A stretch of DNA of 57,138 nucleotides, filler included, from Catajapyx aquilonaris (lineage: Eukaryota): the NCBI GenBank assembly GCA_000934665.2. It is 3 parts of 3 records of this genome, joined end to end, with 100 filler letters (N's around TTAATTAATTAA, not from the genome) between each part and the next. Parts side by side here need not be neighbours in the genome. Positions count along the whole stretch, not along the records: positions 19,064 to 38,076 come from JYFJ02006560.1; positions 38,177 to 57,138 come from JYFJ02006561.1; 1 more part is not named here. One strand, 5' to 3'. A model generated the notes under the pieces. That model was given only the letters and a program-made list of their open reading frames with translations, was not told where the DNA came from and searched no databases. Made by a program: the position numbers and the translations under genes. Shown one piece after another: positions 26,501 to 38,366 of the stretch; within the stretch, counting starts at the first letter, position 1; the number at the start of each line of letters is the position of its first letter.

Positions 26501-27199
26501 ATGTTAAAGGAGCCAGTTCGCCATCATGAAATAAGCAACTTCCCAATATTTTTCGGAACACGGAATAACGGAAATCTTAACAATATCCAGTGCATGTCAT
26601 TCTGGATATGAAAGAATGCGTACGCCATATTCACGTGAGATATCATGACTGGCAGCCGTTAAAGTGATGATTGAGGTGCAATTTCTTCTTTACAAAAAAA
26701 AAACAAAAAACATACAGGACATTACATAATATTTTGTTGTACGGTTTGCCGTACAGAAAATATAACAGAAAACAATAAATAGCGTAAACTGTGAACTCCC
26801 GCCCTGTGGAACCCTGTTGTTTTTCTCCTTATGAATATCCTAACTCGAATGACACTTTTTGAAGATACTTCTACACAAATATCATCAGGCGAGACAGCTT
26901 GTGACAAGTCCCTGCTGGTAGTCAGGAGAGGAGACTAGGTACGAAAAGACAAGAACGCAAGCGGCAAGCAGTCAGTTCATCAAATATCTACAACTGCACC
27001 ATAATTTTCTGTTAATTTGCAATACTGTAAGAGTGTAATACATTTATTTTGTATAGTAATCAGAAATATTTCAATTACATAAGTTTGAATTTCGATATTC
27101 TTCAAACTCTGGAATCTGTCAGCTCACACAAACTTGCAGAGCATTTAATGTTCTTTTATTTTTCAAAGCCGTCTGGGCGATATTAGCGCTAAAATAGCT

Positions 27200-27674
27200 T
27201 CCTTCATCCTCCATGTGTGTTTTCATGTGAGATTTCAAGTTCACTGGGAAAGGAAACAATTTCTGGTAAAGTTGGCAATGAAATTGATTTTATCCTGTGT
27301 GCACTTGCATGTGTCTTTTCAAGTTCCCTGCCTGCGTGAATTTCTTTTGGCACACCTGGCAACAATATGGTCTTTCTCCTGTGTGCAACCACTCCTTCCT
27401 GCCTCCTCTTCCCCCTCCTGAGGCTCCTCCTTGATTCGAACCGCATCCTTCACCTGACCTGGGAGCCACTCCCTCCTACCTCCCCCTTGTTGAAACGAAT
27501 GGTGACCTCCACCTGACCCCTACCAGTGAGCAGTCCTTCCTCCCCGTCCTGCAGCTCCCTCTTGACCTCATCCCACTTGGAGTGTGTGAAGCTGTGCCCC
27601 AGGAGGAGGCACCTCCTGTCAAACACCTGGTCGCAGTACAGGCAGGGGAACCTCCCAGTGGCCATCCAGTCCAT
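27200..27674 (-). pseudogene. C2H2 zinc-finger pseudogene, paralogue of the 20291-20581 exon, fused to finger remnants
   Basis: Near-identical exon with an extra gtcag causing a frameshift and TGA at ~27450. It then joins directly to [56 protein letters not shown], which has an in-frame stop. Confidence 0.8.
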
Positions 27675-29842
27675 GTTGATGGTCAGCCACTGTTATCTTG
27701 ACAAGAAAGAGTAGGCATTAATTACACAAAACCTGAAGCACTAGACATTTTCCTGTGCGGTTCTTCTGGTGGCAACTTGATCAGATCTTTCGCCGACCTC
27801 CACCCAGAGATGCACAGCAGTCTCCTCCTGCCCTCGTCTCCTGCTCCCATGACAGGGTTCTAAGGCGAGGACTACTCCACCCCAGCGGGCGTCTCCCTCA
27901 AGGTTCCCGGTCTCGTTTCCTTCCTGCCTGGATCCAGACGAAACAAGGTCCTGCAGATAAGAAGCCCAGGGTACACAAGATGTGAATCATCAGATGGCAG
28001 AGTTGGGGAGACTGAAAGATGGAAGCCTGGGCCCTGGGCCCCATTCAGGGTGGACAGCTCCAGTCCAGCTCATTCCGAAGGCGATTAGGGAAGCTCTGGA
28101 ACTGGTCGGTGGCGCCTCCAGGCGACCAAACCTAAAGACTGTTCACCAGGTGGAGAGGCGGGAGTTTAAAACTTTCCATCATAAAGCTGCGTTTAAGTTT
28201 TTAGTAAAAATCATATTCATAATCCACCCCCCGGCACGGTGTCAACCATGAGAAAATATTATCCCTCTGGTATGGCAGTTCAGGTACATTTCGGCATGTA
28301 TGTTGCTACAGTCTGAATGTCAAAACAAATAAATGGATTGTAAAATTGCAGCATTTTGTACCAGAAATTCATCAGAAATAAAAAGGACATTATTATGATG
28401 TTGAGCTGAGGAAGCAGAGAGACGTCATGCGGAACAAATAACACGTACAGTACGTTCATATCTAAGCCTATTGCAGAAGCATTTTATTAATTTCAATTTT
28501 TATGCAGTTATATTCACATCATGACTGTTGAACTAACAATACATGCACATACAGTTTGTTTGCAAAATATGACCATATCATGACATCATGGCATCATGAC
28601 ATCATGACATAATGGAAGAGGATACCGCGAACTCTAGTTCTGTACCAGGGTGGGCTGGTCTATATACGCATCATGCACACGGGTTGACGTTTCGGCTTCT
28701 AGCTCGTGAAAATCCATAACCTCTAAATTCGTGATATCCCAAAATATATTATATCGAGTACGGTTGTTTCGTTGGATCACAATCTCACCACCACCTCACC
28801 TGTACTGCAGCCTCTCTCTCTCACTTGTTAGATGAACTACGTACTTACAGCCAGGGTCGGACATTCCCCTCAATACGCTCTGCACAATAAGCCTTATCGA
28901 GTGACCTCTGCCCCAGTGATAAACTCACCCTTTCACAGAATCGTAACGACTTCCGTCAGATGGACCAACGGCGTATACTAAAGTGTATGAACCTAAATCT
29001 CTTATCTCGAGTGCCCTACAAAAAATTGTTATCATTGTCGAAAAAAATAAAATCAACGACAGCACACCGCAGCACCCTCCTCCACAGTCTACTTGATGGA
29101 CTCTTCTTCCTTCCTCGTCTCCTCTCCCTCACCTAATGCCAATTAACACTCTGTGCGTACAGTCTTCCAGTTCGTTGAAAACACGTGAATAGCCAATTTT
29201 AATGGCAGCTACGTCCATTTTTGTATTACCAATGTTATCTAATTTTCCGGCACACCTGTCCATTAATTAGCATGAATAATGAGCAAAAATTAATTCCATA
29301 TTTGAATTTTTAAACTAAAAAAATTTATTGCACTAAGGCAGGAATAGCATCAACATTATAATGAGATTAGTGAATTCATATTCCGTACTCGTTTTAGCTT
29401 AGGTTGTAATTCTGCTGCACATTACCAACACCCAACACCTGACATGCTTTACCCGCGGTTTTTACCCTCATGAACATTTATATTTGAAAAACTATCAAAA
29501 CTTTAGAAAGTGAATAAAACAAAGGCTCCAATTAGATAGGGAAATGCAAGTAGGTCAGTCAAAGTAAGAAAATAAAAACCTAGTACACAAATAGGCAAGG
29601 ACCTCATGTGATTGACCCTCTGGTGATCCTCAGAAGACCTACGAAAAAAAGGCTGTGCCAGCAGTCCATCTTCATAAAAATAAGTCAACAATGTATTATT
29701 CAAAAAAAACTATAATGAGGAGCATCTCCCAGCGACGGTGTCATTGTTAGACCACAGACTTGCGCCCCACCCGATAGAACTGTTGGCCACGGAAGGGCCA
29801 AGGAGGCGACCTCGCCGAAGAGCCGAGTTGTGGTACGGCTGA

Positions 29843-30982
29843 ATGGATTATGGTCATCAAATTTTCCAGTCCTTCCGTCACTTGTACATGTGCGGCACTG
29901 CCGTCTTGATCGTTCTGCTGCTCATGATTCCGGACTGGGAGGTCTCCACGGTGGAAGCCAGAGTCTTCACCATGGGCTACGCGTACGACCTGACCATCGA
30001 CTACCGGTTGGGACTGGCCACATGTCAAGTGGACGGGTACGGCAAGGACGTGGCACTGGGTTTCGACGCGTCCTTCTCCGTGCCGTTCACCTGGTTCGGC
30101 AAAGAAGGAGGCGCGGGCTTCGGAGAAAACGATGCGATCAAGAACCAGTACCGCGATGCACTGTTCAAGGGACTCATGCCTCCAGTCATCTGGCTGATGG
30201 AGTTCATGTCACTGGACAAGGAGGGACTGCAATTCGGACGGCACTTCAGACAGTCCGCCTACTACGGTTGGTACCTGCACGCTTTCGGACTTGCCCTGTG
30301 GATGGCAGCGTACTACATATCCTTCCATGTGGTGATCGTATACTGCAAGTGGATGATCGGGACCGGAATGGCCTTGCTGGCCACCGTGGTCATCTGGGCG
30401 CTCCATCGGAACCAGTACAACTGGATGCAGGTGTCGTTCGTCAACCCCAAAAACGAGGACATCATGGTGCTGCTCCACTTGGGCTGGTGTTTCTGGACTT
30501 GCCTCGCGGTTGGCACGACAGCGACGGTGCTCGGCTCGTTGCTGTTGTACGTGCACGGCAAGTTTCCTCACCAGATGGACAAGTTGTTCACCTTCGTGGA
30601 GGAACCGGAGGTCAAGTACGAATGGGAGAAAAAGAGGGGTAGGAGGATGACGATGAAGCTGGTGGAAGTGGCGGAGATGGAAATGCTCACTGGGAAGCAA
30701 AACACCGAGCTAGACGTCACTGAAGGTCTGGGAGGGGAGCTGACCAAGGTCCTGCCAAAGGTCAAGGAGGAGAAGATGGTCCTGGATGGCTTGGACTACG
30801 ACGAGCTGGCGTCCCTCGACCTCGAACCGGAAGACCGCGAGCTTGATCAGTCGGCGATATCCGTGGAGTACATCAAGAGCAAGGATGCGGTTAATTTGGA
30901 AGAAGACGAAGTTGCCTGGTTGGAGGACGGGAGATGCGCTCGGATCCTGGGGCCAAGGAAGGATGGTGAGAAAAGGAAATAA
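29843..30982 (+). CDS. Intronless dual oxidase maturation factor (DUOXA / moladietz family)-like membrane protein, 379 aa
   Basis: Motifs DWEV, GFG..AIKNQYRDALFKGLMPPVIWLMEFMSLDKEGLQFGRHFRQSAYY and LHLGWCFWTCL align with the recalled DUOXA consensus (EFRAAQ.KGLPYPILWIAEYFTLDGEGIRWGR.YRLAG.Y; FHYGWCFWL). Four hydrophobic helices, GC3-rich codons, AATAAA at ~31143. Confidence 0.85.
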   Translation: MDYGHQIFQSFRHLYMCGTAVLIVLLLMIPDWEVSTVEARVFTMGYAYDLTIDYRLGLATCQVDGYGKDVALGFDASFSVPFTWFGKEGGAGFGENDAIKNQYRDALFKGLMPPVIWLMEFMSLDKEGLQFGRHFRQSAYYGWYLHAFGLALWMAAYYISFHVVIVYCKWMIGTGMALLATVVIWALHRNQYNWMQVSFVNPKNEDIMVLLHLGWCFWTCLAVGTTATVLGSLLLYVHGKFPHQMDKLFTFVEEPEVKYEWEKKRGRRMTMKLVEVAEMEMLTGKQNTELDVTEGLGGELTKVLPKVKEEKMVLDGLDYDELASLDLEPEDRELDQSAISVEYIKSKDAVNLEEDEVAWLEDGRCARILGPRKDGEKRK

Positions 30983-32936
30983 GAGCAGGGGAGGCAGAAG
31001 AAGAAGGGAGAGGCTTGAGGGAAGGACGACTCTGGAAGGTTGGTGTATTGGATGACTAGCATGGAAGGCAGACATTTTTTGTACTGTCTGTAGCTGTTGG
31101 AGAACATGCATGAGAGTGAGCTTTAATGTACTCCAACAGAAAAATAAAATAAAAATTATAGTAATAATGCCAATAATTCAACCATACAATAGGGTATTTC
31201 ATTCCAAAACAAACCAATGCTTTTACCAGTAGGGTCTTATGATTCAAAATTTCCACCAGAGATATTAGGCGTATTCGGCAATTCAGATTATTCTGAGATG
31301 CGTCACGTGATATCTCAGTTGTTAGCCCTGCCCCTCAGAAGATTATTGCCGAACGGCCGAACTGAGAGACCCCCCTACCCGCCTGTGCTGCATCCCAGTG
31401 ATATGCCAACGTTCGGGTATTTCGGTGCCGTATTTCGGACGCTTGCGGGTAATGGTGCGGGTCAAATGAAAATGCGGGTAAAATCGGGTATTTTCAGGTC
31501 CTCTCGCGGGGTTTTTGGGCATTTTGCATTGGCAACACTGCTGCATCAATAACACGAATTTGTTGTCCTCCATGTATCTCAGCAAGTAAGTCAGGTCAGG
31601 AGTACACTAAGTTCCTGAGCTTGGGAAGTCAGGTGGGGCGCATGCGCACTTACTTCAGGGGGCGTGGCACCTGATTTGCCGAACATCCAAACAGCCCAGG
31701 AAGTCAGATTCCTGAATTGCCGAATACGCCTAATAATATTGTCCCATTGCATTTGGTTACCGCAATGGATCCATCGAAATGGGAAGGAGGTATGGGATGA
31801 CTCCCTGGCAGATGGACCCAATCACCTTGCAACTTTCAGGATGACCTATTGTACAGTACAACATTCATCTATGTGGGTGCTACGAAAAAAATAATTAAAA
31901 TATGCGCGTGGTGCACAGTGACCACGTGCGTAAGATATAACATGGGGCAAGTGCGACTTTGGAATTCTGTCACAGTAATAAACATTTTTCGGGTTGCATA
32001 GGACTAGTGCCACAAAGACACAAACTTCCATTGTAAGTCTGTACACTCCGAATAAAAATTTACAAATTAGTTATTACAGGACAAACTTTTATTCACTGCT
32101 CCGCAACAGGTTGGCTAACAGTATATACTGACAACATTTGATTTAAATGCATCACGTCGAAGTGTTTTCACACCAGTGCAGTGCAGCGCTCGAACTTTGT
32201 CTGTAGCCATTGGTGACCACAAAAAGATGTCTTTTGTCGCCTCTTCTGGAGACCGCTAACTTATTCCTCCACTATTGCATTTCGATCCACAATCCGAATT
32301 AATTGGGTACGCACTGGCCCCTGACGATACCTAGTTAGGGACAAATGCGTCACCCTTTTTAAAAACCCTCCTTATGCAGGTGAAGGCTTGTGGAGAACTT
32401 CAACGTCTTGTGGCCTCACATGGTGGCCAATATCTGCTGTTCACAATCGTAGTATGTCGTACACATCTCTCTTTGGCTGTTTTCTTCAAACGGAAGCAAA
32501 ACCTCAAAGCTGAATAATGGAATGTCCTGGCAGAGCGGAGGCGAATGTAAATCTACTTCCTGTGCCACTGTCCCTTGGGATCTTAGAATATTCGAACATA
32601 AATTGGTGATCTAATACTTCAAGCCATTCTAGACAAGATGCCACTCACGAAAAGTCATGAACTAATTATTTTTATCACATAAAATAGGTTGAAAAGGCGA
32701 GGGCCAGTCAATTTGTTTTGACTGGCCCTACCCTTTTCAACCTATTTTAGCCTCGCCTGTAAAATTTCTGAAGTGGCTTACTCGCCGTTTCTGCCGACGA
32801 TATGTGACCCTTCAAATTACCTCGCAAACTAAAACTTTTCTCGTAAACGTTAGTCTGCAGATGGTATTTCCTTGGTGTGAGATCGCATGTGTGCCTTTTC
32901 ACATCACAAAATTATTCAAACAAATAAATATCGCAC

Positions 32937-33662
32937 CTAAATGGTTTTTTCCTCAGTGTGTTGTCTTCTAATGTGAGATGTCAAGTTACTTTTGTGTGTG
33001 AATTTTTTATGGCAAATTTGGCAATTGTGTGGGTTTTCTCCAGTGTGTGTAAGCAAGTGAGATTTCAAATGACCTGACTGACGGAACTTTTTCTGGCAAA
33101 CTTCACAGCTGTATGGTTTTTCCTTGGTGTGGGTTCGCATGTGACTTTTCATATCAGTTGTCCCAGCAAAATTTTTCCAACAAATATCACAACTGACAGG
33201 TTTTACCCCAGTGTGTTGTCTTCTAATGTGAGTTTTCAAGTGACTTTTCAGAGAGAATTTTTTATGGCAAATTTGGCAATTGTGTGGTTTTTCTCCAGTG
33301 TGTGTAAGTAAGTGAGACTTCAAATGACTTGAACGACTGAATCTTTTCTGGCAAATTTTGCAATTGTGTGGTTTTTCTCCAGTGTGTGTAAGTAAGTGAT
33401 ATCTCAAATGACTCGAATGCGCAAACTTTTTCTGGCAGATACAGCAACCAAATGGGTTTTCCCAAGTGTGAGTTCTAAGGTGAGCTTTTATAGCACCTTT
33501 CTGACTGAATCTTTTTTGACAGATAGGGCAACTAAAGGGCATCTTTGCTGCGTGTGTCCACAGTGCTCTCCTCAATTTGGATGACTGAGTAGATCTTCTC
33601 CTTTTCTCTTGCACCTGGACTGGCATCTCCACATTTCCCTCACCAGCTGTCGGTTGTGCTCT
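32937..33662 (-). CDS. Terminal exon of a C2H2 zinc-finger protein: 7 tandem fingers plus one degenerate finger
   Basis: Seven CxxC..H..H units with TGEKP-type linkers. Acceptor cctttcag| before 33662 is in frame (phase 0); stop at 32937. Confidence 0.9.
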   Translation of the reverse strand, partial: RAQPTAGEGNVEMPVQVQEKRRRSTQSSKLRRALWTHAAKMPFSCPICQKRFSQKGAIKAHLRTHTWENPFGCCICQKKFAHSSHLRYHLLTHTGEKPHNCKICQKRFSRSSHLKSHLLTHTGEKPHNCQICHKKFSLKSHLKTHIRRQHTGVKPVSCDICWKNFAGTTDMKSHMRTHTKEKPYSCEVCQKKFRQSGHLKSHLLTHTGENPHNCQICHKKFTHKSNLTSHIRRQHTEEKTI

Positions 33663-34671
33663 CTGAAAGGTTAATATCAGAGCCCATCACTGGCATCATG
33701 CAATGTAGGCCAAAAACTCTGAAGATACACTTTTGGGCAGGACTATTCTTTCCATAGGCAGGGAATCTGTAGGTCATAATTATTTGGGTTGCTTTTAAAA
33801 TACCCTAAAGTGGCGCTTCTTTGTACCACTCTTTGGTTATTTTGGTTAATATCTCCCTTACTATTGCAGTTTCATGAACTTTAAAAAATTATGCACCCTT
33901 CTTGAACTTCTTAGCAACATTTTTGCACTATTGTTCGTTGCACGGCAGATTATTATATAACCCTGTACAGAAAATGGCAAAGTTGGACTAAAGTACTCCC
34001 ATGGGGGTGGGGCTACTTTGGTCCAGTATGATGAACCCCTTGGAAAAATGTCCGTGGTTGAATGAAACCCCATTGAGTGTAACAGGGGTCCAGATAATAC
34101 ACAGGCCAAGACTTGTGTACATCTTGGAGATGTGAGGCCCTTAGGATATAATTCAAAACAGCAGTAGACTATAATTATTATTTGTCTGAATAAGCGGCAT
34201 CATTACATGATATTTCGTCTGAATAAGCGGCATTATTACATGATATTTCGTCTGAATAATCAAATATATTAGTACAACTGCTATACTGGTACGGTACTAC
34301 ATTGGTAATGGCATGGAGACACTTCTGAACTCACTGACTGTACCCAGAGAGTCCAGTTTATCATGGCCATAATGAACAAGGAGTCTTGGGGCTTCTTTGA
34401 TCCAAGAATATTATGGACCAAAGTAACCCTGTCACTTACAACTTTTTTGAATTCTCCCCCCCCCCCCCCACACACACACACAACTCCCGATAAGAATTAT
34501 TTCTTGACTTACATATGCCTGGAACGGCAACTAAATGTAATTAGCCTACTACAAATCCTAGCATGCTAAATGCAGGTGACACCTACACATGCAGCTCACC
34601 GGTCTTAGCAGTACCCAGTACGGACTTCTTGAAAACACGTGCCAAAGTGACAACGCGTCCAAAGCGGAAAG

Positions 34672-34687
34672 TAGCCCTCTGCTGGCG
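34672..34687 (-). promoter_or_regulatory. CTCF-like binding site
   Basis: Minus strand CGCCAGCAGAGGGCTA matches the CCASYAGRKGGC consensus; an E-box CACGTG lies at 34636. Confidence 0.45.
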
Positions 34688-35140
34688 GGTTTACGAACTT
34701 CGATGTATGACACCTTTACCACAGATGCACCAACCCTATAAGTGATTCTGACTGTGCTTTATTACATGTAGTTAGTATCATTACCTGCCATCTTGTTTTC
34801 CCACCCGTGACTTCCAGACTTTCCAGAGTGAGGACTTCAGGAGGACTTCCTTCATTTGGCCACAAGTGCAGTACTCCCCTTCAGTTACGCTGCATGTCCC
34901 CCCTCTTACCCCCAATTTAAAAAGCTTAACTGACAACGAAAGATATATTAAGCAGCCATGCATATAACTACCCCAGGCTCAATCCAGTAAAAATCACTCA
35001 TAGGGAAAGTCCCAAAGTTGTATGTTCTACCACGGAACCTCTGGAACTAAAATTGAATCATTCCATGCCAGTACTTAATTGCAGTGAGTTTCCTATTGGG
35101 ACAACTAGAAGGAACGGCTTCTTATAACTTAATAATAGCA

Positions 35141-37275
35141 GCTGGGTCATTCCATGTCAATTCACCGAGCCCCCTGACCCTTGGGTTGTCAGATTTTGAC
35201 GAAAATCGGCAAATCGCTTTAATTACGTCTTTCAAAAATACCATTTGCGCGGTTTTGAGATTTACCCCCCCTCCCCGGAGATAGGCCCACCGNAAAAAAA
35301 AAGGTCCTTTTCGGTAGGTAGGGTTTCAGAAATCGGTCATATCTCGTGAACCAATTGAGCTACAGACGTCGTAGACCGCTCCCTCTGAAGAGATTCGAGA
35401 GCCCAATCTCACTAAGGATTGAAAATTCGTATTTTGGCTTTTTTGAAAATTTTGTCCCATTTTCAAAATTGAAAAAAAAAAAATTGAAAAAATCCGCCTA
35501 ATTTAAAAATCCGATTTTTAAATAATGTTGTAGCTCAGACCCTTTCCCTCCCATAGAAAAAAATCTCAGGAGGACTTTTTTGATTTAAGGAAAATAATTG
35601 CATTTGAAGGAACGCATGTGCGCCTTGAAAGTACGCAATGGGGCCAAATATAGGCCCTAATCAGTCCCAGAATGATCCATGAACAGAGTTATCTAAATAG
35701 ACACTGTCTAATGGGATGACTAACAGTGTTTTAGAGGAAATGCATGGCATTCACGGCAGAAAATGCTCACTTTATAATTTTGGCACAATGATTACAAAAA
35801 ATGTTAATAAATTGCAATTTTTACATTAATTTCCGTTACTATGGGACATGGTTGTGCTGGATGTCGGTTTTCTCTGGCTGAGTCCCTTCGCCTTTGCCCT
35901 GAAACAAAGAAAACCCAAAATATGCATTCACAATTACCTAAGTTACAGCTGCGTAAAAAGGAAATAGCATGGTAGTTGGCAAATAGTCTCGACAGAGACG
36001 TAGTGTGGAGTGGCCAGATGAACACGGAGAGTTGCAAGGGTGGAGGCTCCACCCGGACCCTGATTGGTGATATTTAAAATTCTCAGCAGGGTGACCAGAC
36101 CAATGTAGGCAGAGGGAGTGGGTAGATGGGGGATGGAGGAGAAGCAGAGGTTGCGGAAAAGACTCCTTGGGAGAAAAACGGTCGCATGCGCTCGATTCGT
36201 TCCGACATTATCTCTGGTGGGCACCGTTATCGTTGCCAAATCACCCTGGTCGCGCGAACTGGGCTCACTTCGCGAGGGCATAAACAGGCCTTGGGAAAGT
36301 CAGCAAAAGGTTCGACCTCGAGAGAGAGAGAGAGAGAGGGGGTGGGGGAGAGAGAGGGGGGATTAATGTTTCCTCCAAGAAGTGGGAAAATACTGCGTGA
36401 ATGAGGAAAATGTGTGCGCGCCATGTGATCTCTCCCATCTGCTACTCACCTACCTGTTCCCGCCCGTGGCCCTGTACCGACAGTGCGGGGCAATATAATA
36501 GGCTAATTCCCGTCTTTATTTCTTTTAAATAAGCAATTCATGAAGCTGCTGTGTGCAATCAATCAGCGCACTTTTTCTTATGCGAAAATCTCAATTCTTG
36601 ACAGTCCTTGAAATTTTGTAAAAATAGCAAAATGACCATTTTTGTAATAAATACAGTACCATGCATTTCCTCTTCAGCACTGTTAGTCATCCCATCAGAC
36701 AGTGTCTATTTAGATAACTCTGTTCATGGATCATTCTGGGACTGATTAGGGCCTATATTTGGCCCCATTGCGTACTTTCAAGGCGCACATGCGTTCCTTC
36801 AAATGCAATTATTTTCCTTAAATCAAAAAACTCCTCCTGAGATTTTTTTCTATGTGAGGGAAAGGGTCTGAGCTACAACATTATTTAAAAATCGGATTTT
36901 TAAATTAGGCGGATTTTTTAAATAAAAAATTGAAATTTTGAAAATAGGACAAAATTTTCAAAAAAGCCAAAATACGAATTTTCAATCCTTAGTGAGATTG
37001 GGCTCTCGAATCTCTTCAAAGGGAGCGGTCTACGACGTCTGTAGCTCAATTGGTTCACGAGATATGACCGATTTCTGAAACCCTACCTTCCGAAGGGACG
37101 TTTTTTTCGGTGGGCCTATCTCCGGGGNNNGGGGGGGGGGGGTAAATCTCAAAACCGCGCAAATGGTATTTTTGAAAGACGTAATTAAAGCGATTCGCCG
37201 ATTTTCGTCAAAATCTGACAACCCAAGGGTCAATTTTCCTTAAAAGCTCGGTGAATTGACATGGAATGACCCAGC
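35141..37275. mobile_element. Foldback DNA transposon derivative with ~600-bp inverted arms
   Basis: 35141-~35747 is the reverse complement of ~36658-37275 at high identity (GCTGGGTCATTCCATGTCAATTCACCGAGC termini). No transposase ORF; superfamily not assigned. Confidence 0.9.
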
Positions 37276-38076
37276 CTACAGTCCGAAAGGTTGAAGGTGT
37301 TGGAGTAGGACCACATATGACATTGGTGGGCGGACAGGCAGACAGAATCACATCCGTCTTTATTGATATAGAAGATCTTTGCCCGGCATTAAATTTGCTC
37401 TGATTTCTCTGAATGCGAGGTAATATTAAAATGTGCATTTGTGGCAATGGCTGCACGAGAAAATGGCATGCGCACGTATGCTTTCTGTGTTAAGAACTAA
37501 GCGGCACCGGAGGATTTTTTTTCTCTCCTTTTCTTACGTACTGTGCTCTTGCCCCTTATTTCGCAAGATAATTTTATTGTTTACAAAATAATTTAAAAGC
37601 TCGCGGCCCACAGTTTGGGAACCACTGATGTAGAGAGAACAAGATATGACCGTGACAATCATTGGCACTGCAAGAGGCAACCTGAACTGTTACTGGTGTT
37701 CTTATTTTAAATTTTCAATCATTTTAGGGGCAGTAGCCCCTACATAGCCCCTACATACGTTGTTGCATAGTGATGTACCGAGTTACGTTGCATAGTGATG
37801 ATATCAATAAATTGACTCTTTGACTAGTGGTAATTAAGGTGGAAATGAAGCTAGAGTCACTCAATGAGAATTTTATGAAAAAAACATATGTTACGCAGTT
37901 TTGTGTCCTCTTATCAATGGTGCAAAGAAAAATACACGTCACCATGCAAATTAGCGAACTAGAGGGCTCAGAAGTTCGTGATTTAACATGGGCCCTTATG
38001 GCAGAATTTTCAATAGTCCACAAAAAAATGATAAGCAAATGAGAATTTTAAAATTTAATGTGTAATATGTCGGGAA

Positions 38077-38176
38077 NNNNNNNNNNNNNNNNNNNNNNNN
38101 NNNNNNNNNNNNNNNNNNNNTTAATTAATTAANNNNNNNNNNNNNNNNNNNNNNNNNNNNNNNNNNNNNNNNNNNN
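38077..38176. other. Assembly gap with artificial TTAATTAATTAA linker
   Basis: 44 N + 12-nt linker + 44 N. Confidence 0.95.
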
Positions 38177-38366
38177 CTGGATCCGCGCCTGTAGAGAGCA
38201 ATATGTACAGTCATCTTTGAAAAAGAAAAGAAAAACGGATCCCGTATTGAGACAATGATGCTACCTTTAAACCTTCATACCGAAGAATAATGCCAGTGTA
38301 ACTCTGATCGTTCTACATTTGAGGTATTCAATTGGAAGTGTGGTGTAGTAATATTGATTCCAGACA

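Noticed and set aside
29830..31111. Long overlapping ORFs (29830-30642 +, 30209-30700 -, 30710-31111 -)
   Set aside because: Shadow frames of the GC-rich DUOXA coding sequence.
34785..34889. Possible upstream exon of the 7-finger ZNF gene
   Set aside because: Splice signals are plausible, but the frame needed to join 33662 contains a TGA; not supportable without transcripts.
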